Positions 1 to 8,988 of a stretch of DNA of 64,000 nucleotides are shown here, in pieces. Under the pieces are notes generated by a model. That model was given only the letters and a program-made list of their open reading frames with translations, was not told the DNA's origin and ran no database searches. The stretch lies in assembly GCA_963841915.1 (NCBI GenBank), contig CAWJEN010000006.1:1408001-1472000 (forward strand), in the 5' to 3' direction. This DNA comes from an uncultured Planctomycetota bacterium. GTDB lineage: Bacteria; Planctomycetota; Phycisphaerae; Tepidisphaerales; Tepidisphaeraceae. The position numbers were made by a program, and so were the translations under genes. Each line of letters starts with the position of its first letter. Positions within the stretch are counted from its first letter, which is position 1.

Positions 1-1356
1 CCGTACGGCAACATCCGCAAAGGCAAGATCGGCCGCGGGCAAGCGACGGCCCTCGCGCTGGCGGTGCCGACGGCGTCCCTCGAATTCTGGCAGCAGCGAC
101 TGGCCGAGGCGGCGGTCGAGGTCGATCGGTCAGACCGTGCCGGCGAGACGGTGCTGGCTTTCGTTGATCCCGACGGGCTGCCGGTCGAACTGGTCGGCGT
201 GGCCGATCTGCCGGCCGGGCCGAAGAACGGGTTGGTGCCGAGCGACCAGTCCATCGTCGGCGTCCACTCCGTCACGCTCCACATCAAGGCCATTGAGCAC
301 ACGAAACAGGTACTCGAAGCGGTCGGCTGGACCCCAGGGGGAACGGTCAACGAACGAACGCGAATGACAGCCGACAGCGGCCTTGGCTTCGGCGGAATCG
401 TCGACCTCATCGAAGGTGGCCCCGCCGGCAGCGGCGGCGCGGGAACTATTCACCACGTCGCCTTCCGCGTCGGTGATGATGACGACGAGCTGGCGGTCCG
501 GCAGAAGGTGATCGCCCTGGGCCTGCAGCCGACGCCGGTGATCGATCGGCAATATTTCCACAGCGTCTACTTTCGCGAGCCGGGCGGCGTGCTCTTCGAA
601 TTGGCGACCGACGGGCCGGGTTTCGCAGTCGACGAGGATCCGGACAAGTTGGGCCAGGCGCTCCGCCTGCCGCCGCAGTATGAGTCGGCACGTGATCAGA
701 TCCAGGCCGGCATTCGCCCGCTGGTCCCGCCGACCGAAGGGCCCACGTTCGTGCACGCCTGGACCCCCACCCCCGGCGCGCAAAGAACGCTGCTCGCCCT
801 GCACGGCACGGGCGGCGATGAGAACGACCTCGTCCCGCTCGCCAGAAAGATCGACGCGTCGGCGAATGTGCTCTCGCCCCGCGGTCGCGTCGACGAGCGC
901 GGAATGCCGCGATTCTTCAGGAGATTGGCAGAAGGCGTCTTTGACGAAACATCTATCGTGACGCAGGCCAATGCCCTGGCCGACTGGCTCGAACGGCAGG
1001 CCACGCGATACGGCTTCGACGCGTCCGCCGTCGATGCAATGGGTTACAGCAATGGCGCGAACATCGCCTCGGCCGCCCTGCTGCTTCGGCCGACGTCACT
1101 GCGGTCGCTGATTCTGCTTCGGCCGATGGTGCCGCTCGAGGGACAGTTGCCGGCGGAGCTGCCCGATCTGCAGGGCAAGCGCGTGCTGCTGTCGGCAGGC
1201 AAGACCGACATGATCGCCCCGCCGGACCATGTCGAGTGGCTGCGCGACCTCCTTGCCGGCGCGGGTGCCGACGTGACGCTCCAATGGCAAGACGCCGGTC
1301 ACGAACTCACCGGCGGCGACATTGACACGGCGAAGCGTTTCGTCGATTCAGCCTGA
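1..1356 (+). CDS. Ring-cleaving dioxygenase/glyoxalase (MhqO-like) fused to an alpha/beta-hydrolase (MhqD-like carboxylesterase); 5' end lies outside the window
   Basis: Frame is open from base 1. VOC motifs GTIHHVAFR, DRQYFHSVYFREPGGVLFELATDGPGF are followed by LHGTGGDE, GYSNGAN and GHEL of phospholipase/carboxylesterases. Confidence 0.85.
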   Translation, partial: PYGNIRKGKIGRGQATALALAVPTASLEFWQQRLAEAAVEVDRSDRAGETVLAFVDPDGLPVELVGVADLPAGPKNGLVPSDQSIVGVHSVTLHIKAIEHTKQVLEAVGWTPGGTVNERTRMTADSGLGFGGIVDLIEGGPAGSGGAGTIHHVAFRVGDDDDELAVRQKVIALGLQPTPVIDRQYFHSVYFREPGGVLFELATDGPGFAVDEDPDKLGQALRLPPQYESARDQIQAGIRPLVPPTEGPTFVHAWTPTPGAQRTLLALHGTGGDENDLVPLARKIDASANVLSPRGRVDERGMPRFFRRLAEGVFDETSIVTQANALADWLERQATRYGFDASAVDAMGYSNGANIASAALLLRPTSLRSLILLRPMVPLEGQLPAELPDLQGKRVLLSAGKTDMIAPPDHVEWLRDLLAGAGADVTLQWQDAGHELTGGDIDTAKRFVDSA

Positions 1357-1357
1357 G

Positions 1358-1475
1358 TAACGCGAAAGCGCGAAGGAGCGAAGGGCCGCGAAGAAGAGAG
1401 TGCAAGGTCAGAGCCTGCTTCTGAGTCGCTTCTGCCCTTCGCGGACCTTTGCCTCTTTGCCCCTTCGCATTCCTC
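1358..1475. repeat. Degenerate inverted repeat built from GCGAAG/CTTCGC units between convergent genes
   Basis: AACGCGAAAGCGCGAAGGAGCGAAGGGCCGCGAAG is followed by CTTCGCGGACCTTTGCCTCTTTGCCCTTCGC. Confidence 0.45.
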
Positions 1476-1488
1476 TGCGTCTGTTCGT

Positions 1489-1920
1489 TCACGCCGCTGC
1501 GCGGCCTTCGCGGTTGGCGAGCCATTCGTGCAACGCCTCGATGCCGATGTCGTTGATCGTCCGTGGGCCGTCGGTGTTGGCGATCTTGTTCTGAAACGCG
1601 ATCAGTTGCAGCCGATCGGCCAGCGTCTTGTCGACGCGGACGTAGACGACACGCTTACCGGTGCCGGGATCGAGCTTGATCGACATCGACACTTCGTCGT
1701 CGTCGGCCTTCCGCGGCTTGGACTTGGCGGGCTTGGGTGCGACTGCCTTTGGAGCGGGCGGCGGTGGAGGCGGGGGCAGTGCGGCCGGTTCGTCGTCGGG
1801 GTCGCGGGCCGGCGGAACGGTTACGGCCGCGGGGCCGGCGGCGGCGTTGCGCTTCAGGTTCGCCAGGAATTTGGCGGTCTTACTGGCGTCGCGATCGAGC
1901 GTCTGGGTGTCGTCTTGCAT
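1489..1920 (-). CDS. Small ParA partner with Pro-rich disordered N-terminus and putative C-terminal ribbon-helix-helix domain (ParG-like)
   Basis: Directly downstream of parA. The C-terminus KRVVYVRVDKTLADRLQLIA...TINDIGIEALHEWL fits the beta-alpha-alpha RHH pattern. Confidence 0.6.
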   Translation of the reverse strand: MQDDTQTLDRDASKTAKFLANLKRNAAAGPAAVTVPPARDPDDEPAALPPPPPPPAPKAVAPKPAKSKPRKADDDEVSMSIKLDPGTGKRVVYVRVDKTLADRLQLIAFQNKIANTDGPRTINDIGIEALHEWLANREGRAAA

Positions 1921-1960
1921 CGTTATCTACTGGAAAGAGTTCGGTTGGGAAGGATCAGAT

Positions 1961-2647
1961 TCACGCCGCCATCGCAAGCGGCTCCGCCACTTGCAGGGGC
2001 TCGGCTTGTCTCAGCTCGGCGAAAACGGCCTCAAGATCGGCCGCCGCCTGCTTGTGACCGCGGGATTTGCCGGCGTCACGCTCGACGCCCGTGTCGTCGA
2101 CGACCGCCTTGATGAACGCGTCGCGAAGCCCGATGCCCCGCCGGGCGACCGGCAGTCCCATCTCGCTGAGCACGCGACGCACGAGCTTGGCCTGTTCTCC
2201 GGTCGTCCTGACCTTGTTGAGCGCAATCAGCACGCAAGGCGGGGCCAATCCGTCGGCCTGTCTCGCCTCGGCGACGCGATCGATCGCCACCTTTGTCTCC
2301 AGCGTCGCGTGCACGTCCAACGCGCTGGGCAACACCGGAATCAGCACACGGTCGGCCAAATACATCAGCACATGCGTCTGATCGTTGAGTCGTGGCGATC
2401 CATCGCACACCACGTCGTCGTACTCCTCGGCAAGCGCTTCGGCTCGTTCCACGAGCGTGCCAGCGTCAGTAATCGATTCCAGTGGCATCGACGGCTCCGC
2501 CGCCGAGATCCACCGCGTCGCACTGGCCTGCGGGTCGTTGTCGAGGAAAGCAACTCGCCGACCCGCATCGTGCAGGTGAAGGGCCAGGTGCACTGCGAGC
2601 GTCGTTTTGCCGGCGCCGCCTTTTTGATTGATCACCGCGTAGATCAT
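1961..2647 (-). CDS. parA: ParA/ParF-family partition ATPase (short, type Ib-like)
   Basis: Deviant Walker A NQKGGAGKTT, DNDPQAS and VVCDGSP; 228 aa with no N-terminal HTH. Confidence 0.88.
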   Translation of the reverse strand: MIYAVINQKGGAGKTTLAVHLALHLHDAGRRVAFLDNDPQASATRWISAAEPSMPLESITDAGTLVERAEALAEEYDDVVCDGSPRLNDQTHVLMYLADRVLIPVLPSALDVHATLETKVAIDRVAEARQADGLAPPCVLIALNKVRTTGEQAKLVRRVLSEMGLPVARRGIGLRDAFIKAVVDDTGVERDAGKSRGHKQAAADLEAVFAELRQAEPLQVAEPLAMAA

Positions 2648-2717
2648 GACACCCCTTACATCGGCACAGTCGGCCGAGGGGCATCAGCGAAAAGTTCAAC
2701 CGCTTGGTGCCGTGTGT

Positions 2718-2767
2718 TGCTGCTCGCGTGCTAGCACGCTTGCAAGCCTGCTAGCACGCGAGCAGCA
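2718..2767. promoter_or_regulatory. 50-bp near-perfect palindrome upstream of parA (candidate operator/centromere)
   Basis: TGCTGCTCGCGTGCTAGCA-C-GCTTGCAAGC-C-TGCTAGCACGCGAGCAGCA; the 19-bp arms are exact reverse complements. Confidence 0.65.
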
Positions 2768-2777
2768 CAACGGGTCG

Positions 2778-3539
2778 TCACGCAGGCAGGCCGAACAGCC
2801 GCCTCGTGTTGTCGGTTGTGATTTGATCCGCTTGCTTTCCGCCCCAGCCGCGGACCTGCGCAAGACGCTTAAGCGTGTGAGCGACGTAAGCGGGTTCGCA
2901 AGGCCGCTTACCGCGAAGCGGTTCGGGCGACAAGTACGGTGCATCGGTTTCGACCAGCACGCGATTCTCAGGCACGAGCATCGCCGCGTCGCGGATGCCT
3001 TGGCTCTTCTTAAACGTCATCGGCCCGGTGAAGCCGACGTAGTGGCCCAACTCGATGATCTGCTCCACTTCGGCCGGACCGGCGGTAAAACAGTGGAATG
3101 TGGCTTCGATCTGCGGAAAATCACGCAGGATGGCCACGCAATCGCCGATCGACTCTCGGCTGTGGATCACGACCGGCAGGCCGACTTCACCGGCGACCGC
3201 CAACTGCTTCAGGAACGACGCCCGCTGGACGTTGCGCGGAATGTCGTCGTGAAAGTAATCGAGCCCGCACTCGCCGATAGCGACGACGCCCGGCTGCTGT
3301 GCCAGGTCGCGCAGCTCGCTCGAGAAGTCGCCCGCCGGCGGGTCGTAGCACGGATGGATTCCCACTGTGGTCGACACCTGCGGCAGGTCCGCGGCCAGTT
3401 CGACGCCGGCCCGGCTGTCCTCGAGCGTGACGCCGATGTTGACGAGGTGGCTCACACCCGCCGCCGCGGCACGCTGTAGGACGCCCGCCCGGTCGGCTGC
3501 GAGCTGCGGAAAGTTCAGGTGGCAGTGCGAATCAATCAC
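2778..3539 (-). CDS. tatD: TatD family DNase
   Basis: MIDSHCHL, GIHP, AIGECGLDY, HCFT and ETDAPYL motifs. Confidence 0.93.
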   Translation of the reverse strand: MIDSHCHLNFPQLAADRAGVLQRAAAAGVSHLVNIGVTLEDSRAGVELAADLPQVSTTVGIHPCYDPPAGDFSSELRDLAQQPGVVAIGECGLDYFHDDIPRNVQRASFLKQLAVAGEVGLPVVIHSRESIGDCVAILRDFPQIEATFHCFTAGPAEVEQIIELGHYVGFTGPMTFKKSQGIRDAAMLVPENRVLVETDAPYLSPEPLRGKRPCEPAYVAHTLKRLAQVRGWGGKQADQITTDNTRRLFGLPA

Positions 3540-3629
3540 GCCCGCACGGTAAGCGGGGCAGGGCGATCACCCGCTGGTGCCACACCTTGCCCTGCGAGAG
3601 AAGGTGTGGCATCAGGTTGGATCGGTGTT

Positions 3630-4706
3630 CTACTGAACCGCGGCGGCGGCGGTGGTGGCGACGGCTTGGGGATCGGTGGCCGATCCGTCGAGGTCGATCA
3701 ACTGCCACTTGACGCTGAGCGTCGACGTGCCGCCGACCGGGGCGGCGAATTCGAGCTCGCTCCACGGCGTCAGCTCGCCGGCGTCGGGTGAGGAGATGTA
3801 GACCTGGGCCAGCTCGCGGGGCGATGTCATGCGGTCGCCGCTTGTTTCAAGCACTTCCTGCACAAACACCATCGCCTGGTCCTGCAACGTCATGCCGGCG
3901 GCAAGAATGGGTGCGTCGAATCCCACCTTAGCGCCGGCCGACTGCGGCACGACGGCTGTGGCGGGGCGACCGTCGACATCCCTGATGCCGACAGCCATCG
4001 TGCCGAGCATCTGCGTCTTGTCGTCGTCGCCCATCCAGAGCGGGTCGAGGTCGCCACCGTTGTCACCCAGGGCGACGATCGTGCTGGCTGGCCGGCTGAT
4101 CTGAGTGATGTGCCAGGCACCGGCCTCCGCGCCATCGTCGCGAACCGGCGTGAACATTGTCGTGATGGTCAGGCCGGTGCCGCGCTCGTCAATGGTGATG
4201 GTGCGGACGGGTTCCACGCCATACGGCTCGGCTACGTCCTGCGTGAGCACAAGGCTCGACCCGGCAACCTCGACTTGCCACGGCACGCCGCGGAACGGAG
4301 CGGGCGGTGGCCACGGTGCGCCGAAGTGTTCGACCCAGCTTTCGAAGCCGTCCTTAGGGTTCTGCGGCCACGGCCAGACCTTGTCACCGCCGAAGTTCTG
4401 CCAGTCGTCACCGCCGTCAAAAATCTGCCCGGCCAGCTGAGGGTTGGTCCACAGCACGTTACCGGCCTCGCCCGATCCGGTCTTGCCGTAGTACATGATG
4501 CGGCCGATGTCGGGCACGACGACCGCATCGACGGTGCCGTTGCTGAGGCGGTAAGCGTCCCAGCCGCGGTAGGTTTCGCGGGAGATGAGGCCGTTCTCGC
4601 TCAACTCGCCACCAGACGGCTGCGTCGTGGGTGGCATCGAGTCGGACCGGCACCCGCCAAGGGCGAGCAGGGCGACGACTGAAACGGGCAGTATTGGCTT
4701 GAGCAT
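3630..4706 (-). CDS. Lipoprotein with aldose-epimerase-like/DUF4380-like domain
   Basis: Lipobox LGGC; YRGWDAYRLSNG..VVVPDIGRIM and NFGGDKVWPWPQ motifs; GGAGGA RBS upstream. Confidence 0.6.
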   Translation of the reverse strand: MLKPILPVSVVALLALGGCRSDSMPPTTQPSGGELSENGLISRETYRGWDAYRLSNGTVDAVVVPDIGRIMYYGKTGSGEAGNVLWTNPQLAGQIFDGGDDWQNFGGDKVWPWPQNPKDGFESWVEHFGAPWPPPAPFRGVPWQVEVAGSSLVLTQDVAEPYGVEPVRTITIDERGTGLTITTMFTPVRDDGAEAGAWHITQISRPASTIVALGDNGGDLDPLWMGDDDKTQMLGTMAVGIRDVDGRPATAVVPQSAGAKVGFDAPILAAGMTLQDQAMVFVQEVLETSGDRMTSPRELAQVYISSPDAGELTPWSELEFAAPVGGTSTLSVKWQLIDLDGSATDPQAVATTAAAAVQ

Positions 4707-4829
4707 GGCTTGGTCCTCCACGAGACTTCTCCACCTCCCGAACCCGGAAAGCGTTGTTGTGGTAGATTAGGGTATCTGGTCTCACGCCTGCGGCCCACTT
4801 ATTGCGGCTGACACTTCCAAAGGTTCGCC

Positions 4830-5774
4830 ATGCGTCTATCACTCAGCTTTGCCGTCATTGCCGTTTCTGCTGCAACCGCCAACGCCGGACTGCTGGCCGA
4901 CTACGACGCGTCGCGTCACGACCGTTTTCTCAGCGACAACGGCACCAGCCGGACGTTCAACCCGGACTTCCACATGGCCGGCTTCGACCTGTCAGGCCTG
5001 GGCGTCGGGGGCAACGGTGGCATCCTCATCAGCGATCGGCACGTCCTGGCGGCGACGCACTTTCGCGGCGGTTCGTACACGTTCGTCAATGCCGCCGGTG
5101 ACGAAGTTACGTTCAACGCCAGTCAGAACCGGACGATGAAAACGCGCGTGCCGAACGGCACGGGCGGGTTCAGCGAGCTCAACAGCGACGTGACGCTGGT
5201 CACGCTGGATCGTTCGGTGACAGGGGCCGACCTGTTGACGCCGATGGCCGTTGCCGATGTGCCGCTGGGCGACTTCGAGCCGCGTGACGTCTTCGTCTAC
5301 GACCAGAACAACCGGCTCGGCCGCAACCTGCTCGACGGCGGGAGCCTTGATCGTCCTGACGGCACCGTCGTCCTGCCACCGATCACGCGCCTGCAGGGCG
5401 ACAACAACGCCACCTGGGCCGTCACGTATGACTATGACACGTCGCTCAACGGCGGTGGGAACGGTGTCGGTGGGGACGAAATCGGCCTTGTCGGTGGCGA
5501 CAGCGGGCACGGTGCATTCATCCTGACCGACGCGGGCGATGTGGCCGTCATCGGCACCCACTACGCGGTGGTGACAGGCAACGGCGTTCTGCCACCAAAT
5601 CCGGGCGAAACGTACCTCAGCCTCACCAGCCTTGCCGCGGCCTATCGCACGCAGATCGAAGGCTTTGTCGCTGCCGACGGTGCGCAGGCGCGGTTCGTCA
5701 GCGTCATTCCCGAGCCCGGCACGGCGACGTTGCTGGCTGTTGGTGCGTTGGTTGCGTTGCGACGCAAGCGATAG
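4830..5774 (+). CDS. Secreted PEP-CTERM protein with trypsin-like serine protease motifs
   Basis: Signal peptide; HVLAATH, SDVTLVTLD and GGDSG; C-terminal IPEPG + TM + RRKR. Confidence 0.75.
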   Translation: MRLSLSFAVIAVSAATANAGLLADYDASRHDRFLSDNGTSRTFNPDFHMAGFDLSGLGVGGNGGILISDRHVLAATHFRGGSYTFVNAAGDEVTFNASQNRTMKTRVPNGTGGFSELNSDVTLVTLDRSVTGADLLTPMAVADVPLGDFEPRDVFVYDQNNRLGRNLLDGGSLDRPDGTVVLPPITRLQGDNNATWAVTYDYDTSLNGGGNGVGGDEIGLVGGDSGHGAFILTDAGDVAVIGTHYAVVTGNGVLPPNPGETYLSLTSLAAAYRTQIEGFVAADGAQARFVSVIPEPGTATLLAVGALVALRRKR

Positions 5775-5780
5775 AGCGTG

Positions 5781-7652
5781 TCAGCGTTGTCGCAGGCGCC
5801 ACAGCAGTCCGCTGCCCGCGAGGATGACCAGCGCGTTACCGACCCAGATGATGCTGAGGCCAATGTTTGAGGGCCGAAGCTTTGACGGGTCGGCCAGGTC
5901 GCCCTCGGTGATCTTGCCGATGTCTTCGACGATGCCCTGTCCGAGCATGATGAACGCGATACACACCGCGGCCGGGACCATGGAGACGGCAAAGGCGGTG
6001 AGGAAGTTGCCGCTTTTGAACATGAGTCCGAGCCCCGCACCCATCAACGGCAGGAACGTGCAGGCGACGACGAATGCCGCCCGGGCGTGAAGTTCACCGA
6101 CGACACCGGCCTCCTGCTTGAGCAGCTTGCCGAGCAGGTACGACCGGCCGCTGATGCCCATCGGCACGCCGCCCAGCGATTCGTTGGCCCGCTGCAGGTA
6201 GTCGGCGGCGTCGAGCTCGCTTAAGGCAAACACTTCGCCTGGCATCGGCACCCGCACGCGACGCTCCACGCCACGGCCCGTCGTCGTCCGGTCGCCCACC
6301 GCGACGGCAGCGTCGGCAAAGGTGAAGGTGACGAGCATCTCGCCCGCGTCACCCGAGCCGCCGAGCGGTTCGACCTCGACGCGAGCTTGTGTCGACTCGA
6401 TGAGCAGCGTCTCCGTGCCACCCTCTGCGGTGCGGGTGATCTGGCGCAGGCGGACGGGGATGCCGTCGAAGACGAGGGCCTTGTGGTCGACAATGCGGCC
6501 CGGAGCGTCGGCGGAAAAGCGGTAGTCGCGCCGGTCACCCTGGGCGGTGTCGGCGTCATCGGCATCGGGCACGTCCGGCGCCAGCGTGATGCCGCCACCG
6601 ACGGCCCGCTCGCTTAGGCGGCGAAGGTAGACGACCTGCTGGTCGAGGCGTGCCTGACCGTCGAGGATGCGGCTGATGCGGCTGGCCCGTTCGGGTTCGA
6701 CGAGCAGGCCACGCAGCTCACCGACGGCCATGAACTTCGGATTCGTACGCAGCGGCACCTCGCGGCGGATCGGGCCGAACTGGGCCGAACTGGCGGCGGC
6801 AATCATCGGGGCCGGTCCGTCACCGTCGGTCTTGGTGCCGATCGTGGGCGGAAACTTTGCCCCGTCTGCCAGGACGACGCTGATGATAAATTCGCTTCGG
6901 GTCAGGGCCGATTGTTCAAACCCGTCGCGGCCGTAACCGGGCGGCTCGATGAAGATCGTCGCCGACGCGGCGGCGTAATACTCCTCCGGCACGCGGGGCA
7001 ACGTTTCCTCCCGCTCGCCCCCGCGATATCGCACCACGGCGGCGTCTTCGAGGCGTACGACCTGCACGTTGTCGCTGGCAAAGGCGGTGAGGCGGCCTTC
7101 GTCGCGGGCGCGGGAAACGATCTGAGCGATCTCCTCGTCGCTGGGCAGGATGGCCCGGCGTGCAAACACCGTCACGCGGCCGCCCTGGCCGGTGAACGTC
7201 GCCCGGCTCGTGCGGTTGATCTGGCTGCTGACGAGTTGTGCGAGATTGCCCCAGACGGTCTGCTCGACCTTCAAGTTGGCGAACGGGACGACGGTGGTCA
7301 GCAGGCTGACGGTGGTGAGCCCGAGGAGCCCGCCGAGCACGAGGGCCGGAAGCAGCAGGCCGAATGGTGACACGGCGACCCCGGCGGCCTTGGCGGCTGT
7401 GGCTTCGTTGTCGGCCGCCATGCGGCCGTACACAAAGCTCGTCGCAAACAACGCCGCCACCGGTAGCGAATAGACCAGCATCGCCGGCATCAGCCACGCC
7501 AGCACCGTCACGGCCTGGACGGTGCCCAAACCCTGCTCGCCGAGCGGTTTGAGCAGGCCGGCGAAGCTCAACACGCCCGCCAGCGTGACCGTCGTCAACA
7601 CAAAGACCCGAAGCAGGTCGCGGAAGATGTAGCGGAACAGCGTGCTACCCAC
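5781..7652 (-). CDS. LptF/LptG family LPS-export permease
   Basis: N-terminal LFRYIFRDL and YGRMAADNEATAAKAAGV; 3 TM, large periplasmic region, 3 TM. Confidence 0.85.
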   Translation of the reverse strand: MGSTLFRYIFRDLLRVFVLTTVTLAGVLSFAGLLKPLGEQGLGTVQAVTVLAWLMPAMLVYSLPVAALFATSFVYGRMAADNEATAAKAAGVAVSPFGLLLPALVLGGLLGLTTVSLLTTVVPFANLKVEQTVWGNLAQLVSSQINRTSRATFTGQGGRVTVFARRAILPSDEEIAQIVSRARDEGRLTAFASDNVQVVRLEDAAVVRYRGGEREETLPRVPEEYYAAASATIFIEPPGYGRDGFEQSALTRSEFIISVVLADGAKFPPTIGTKTDGDGPAPMIAAASSAQFGPIRREVPLRTNPKFMAVGELRGLLVEPERASRISRILDGQARLDQQVVYLRRLSERAVGGGITLAPDVPDADDADTAQGDRRDYRFSADAPGRIVDHKALVFDGIPVRLRQITRTAEGGTETLLIESTQARVEVEPLGGSGDAGEMLVTFTFADAAVAVGDRTTTGRGVERRVRVPMPGEVFALSELDAADYLQRANESLGGVPMGISGRSYLLGKLLKQEAGVVGELHARAAFVVACTFLPLMGAGLGLMFKSGNFLTAFAVSMVPAAVCIAFIMLGQGIVEDIGKITEGDLADPSKLRPSNIGLSIIWVGNALVILAGSGLLWRLRQR

Positions 7653-7671
7653 GGCAACCTTTATTCTTCAG

Positions 7672-7745
7672 TCGGGATGACAGGATTCGAACCTGCGACA
7701 TCTTGCTCCCAAAGCAAGCACTCTACCAAGCTGAGCTACATCCCG
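7672..7745 (-). tRNA. tRNA-Pro (TGG), CCA not encoded
   Basis: Reverse complement CGGGATGTAGCTCAGCTTGGTAGAG...CTTGCTTTGGGAGCAAG...GGTTCGAATCC...ATCCCGA folds as a cloverleaf. Confidence 0.95.
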
Positions 7746-7845
7746 ATCGTCGGCCACAGTCTACACGCTCCGACGGCCGAGACGACAGGGCGATCCTGGA
7801 GGGCCGCTTGTGCGTTGCTCATGTCGAGAGGCTTACGCTCTTGCC

Positions 7846-8988
7846 ATGCGGATGCCGCTGATGATGTTGGGCCTGATTCTGGCCGGTTGTGCGTCGACCG
7901 AGCCGCCGGCGGAGCCTTCGCAGTGGGACGTTCGCGGCGGTACCAACGAGGTCGGGCCGGCCGTCTACGCGGGCGACACGATTCTGCTCGATTACCAGCC
8001 GACGCAGCAGCTTGTCACCGACCACACGCTGCCCGATGCCGCCAGGTTCCCGGCCATCGATGTGCATTGTCACTGGTCGCTCGAGCAGGACCCGCAGGCG
8101 ATGCTGGCGGCCATGGACACGCTCAACCTCACCCACGCCGTCAATCTCAGCGGCGGTGACACGATCGAAAAGATCGCGGCGATGAGGCAGCAGTTCGACA
8201 GCGAACGCTTCGTCATCCTCGCCAACCTCGACTACAACCGGCTTGGCGACGACGACTTTTACCGCCAGTACCTCATCGACGCCCAAGCGGCGGGGGCCAA
8301 GGGCCTGAAGATCTGGAAAAACCTCGGCCTGGGATTGAAAGACGCCGACGGCCGACGCGTGGCCGTCGATGACAAGCGGCTCGACGTCGTCTGGCAAACC
8401 TGCGGCGAGCTCGGCATGCCCGTGCTCGTCCACGTCGCCGACCCGGCAGCATTCTTCGAGCCGATCGACGCCCGCAACGAACGCTGGACGCAGCTCTACC
8501 GCCACCCCGATTGGTCGTTCTACGGCGACGAATTTCCGAGCCGGCGGCAGATACTGGCCGAGCGGGACCGCATGATCGCCCGGCATCCACAGACGCAGTT
8601 CATCGGTGCCCACGTCGCCAACGAGGCCGAAGATCTGGCGTCGCTGGCCGAGCGGATGCGGAAGCTGCCCAACTTGCACGCCGACATCAGCGGCCGCGTC
8701 GCGGAGTTGGGCCGCCAGCCGTACTCCGCCCGCAAGTTCTTTCTCGAGTTTCAGGACCGCGTCATGTTCGGCACCGACCGCTACCCCGGCCGCCCCGATC
8801 AACCGCGGTATCGCCGATACTTCGAGTTCCTCGAGACCGACGACGAGTCGTTCGACTACCACGAACACGCCTTCCCGCCGACGGGCGAGTGGAAGATCTA
8901 CGGCATCTTCCTGCCGGACGACGTGCTGAAGAAGATCTACCACGACAACGCCGCCAACTTGCTCGGCCTTTCCGCAAGCCGCCCATGA
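7846..8988 (+). CDS. Amidohydrolase family lipoprotein
   Basis: Lipobox LAGC; IDVHCH, GLKIWK, VHVADP, GAH and FGTD motifs. Confidence 0.85.
   Translation: MRMPLMMLGLILAGCASTEPPAEPSQWDVRGGTNEVGPAVYAGDTILLDYQPTQQLVTDHTLPDAARFPAIDVHCHWSLEQDPQAMLAAMDTLNLTHAVNLSGGDTIEKIAAMRQQFDSERFVILANLDYNRLGDDDFYRQYLIDAQAAGAKGLKIWKNLGLGLKDADGRRVAVDDKRLDVVWQTCGELGMPVLVHVADPAAFFEPIDARNERWTQLYRHPDWSFYGDEFPSRRQILAERDRMIARHPQTQFIGAHVANEAEDLASLAERMRKLPNLHADISGRVAELGRQPYSARKFFLEFQDRVMFGTDRYPGRPDQPRYRRYFEFLETDDESFDYHEHAFPPTGEWKIYGIFLPDDVLKKIYHDNAANLLGLSASRP

Noticed and set aside
8511..8984. Long N-terminal extension of the symporter
   Set aside because: It overlaps the amidohydrolase gene out of frame; the ATGA-coupled start at 8985 is more plausible.
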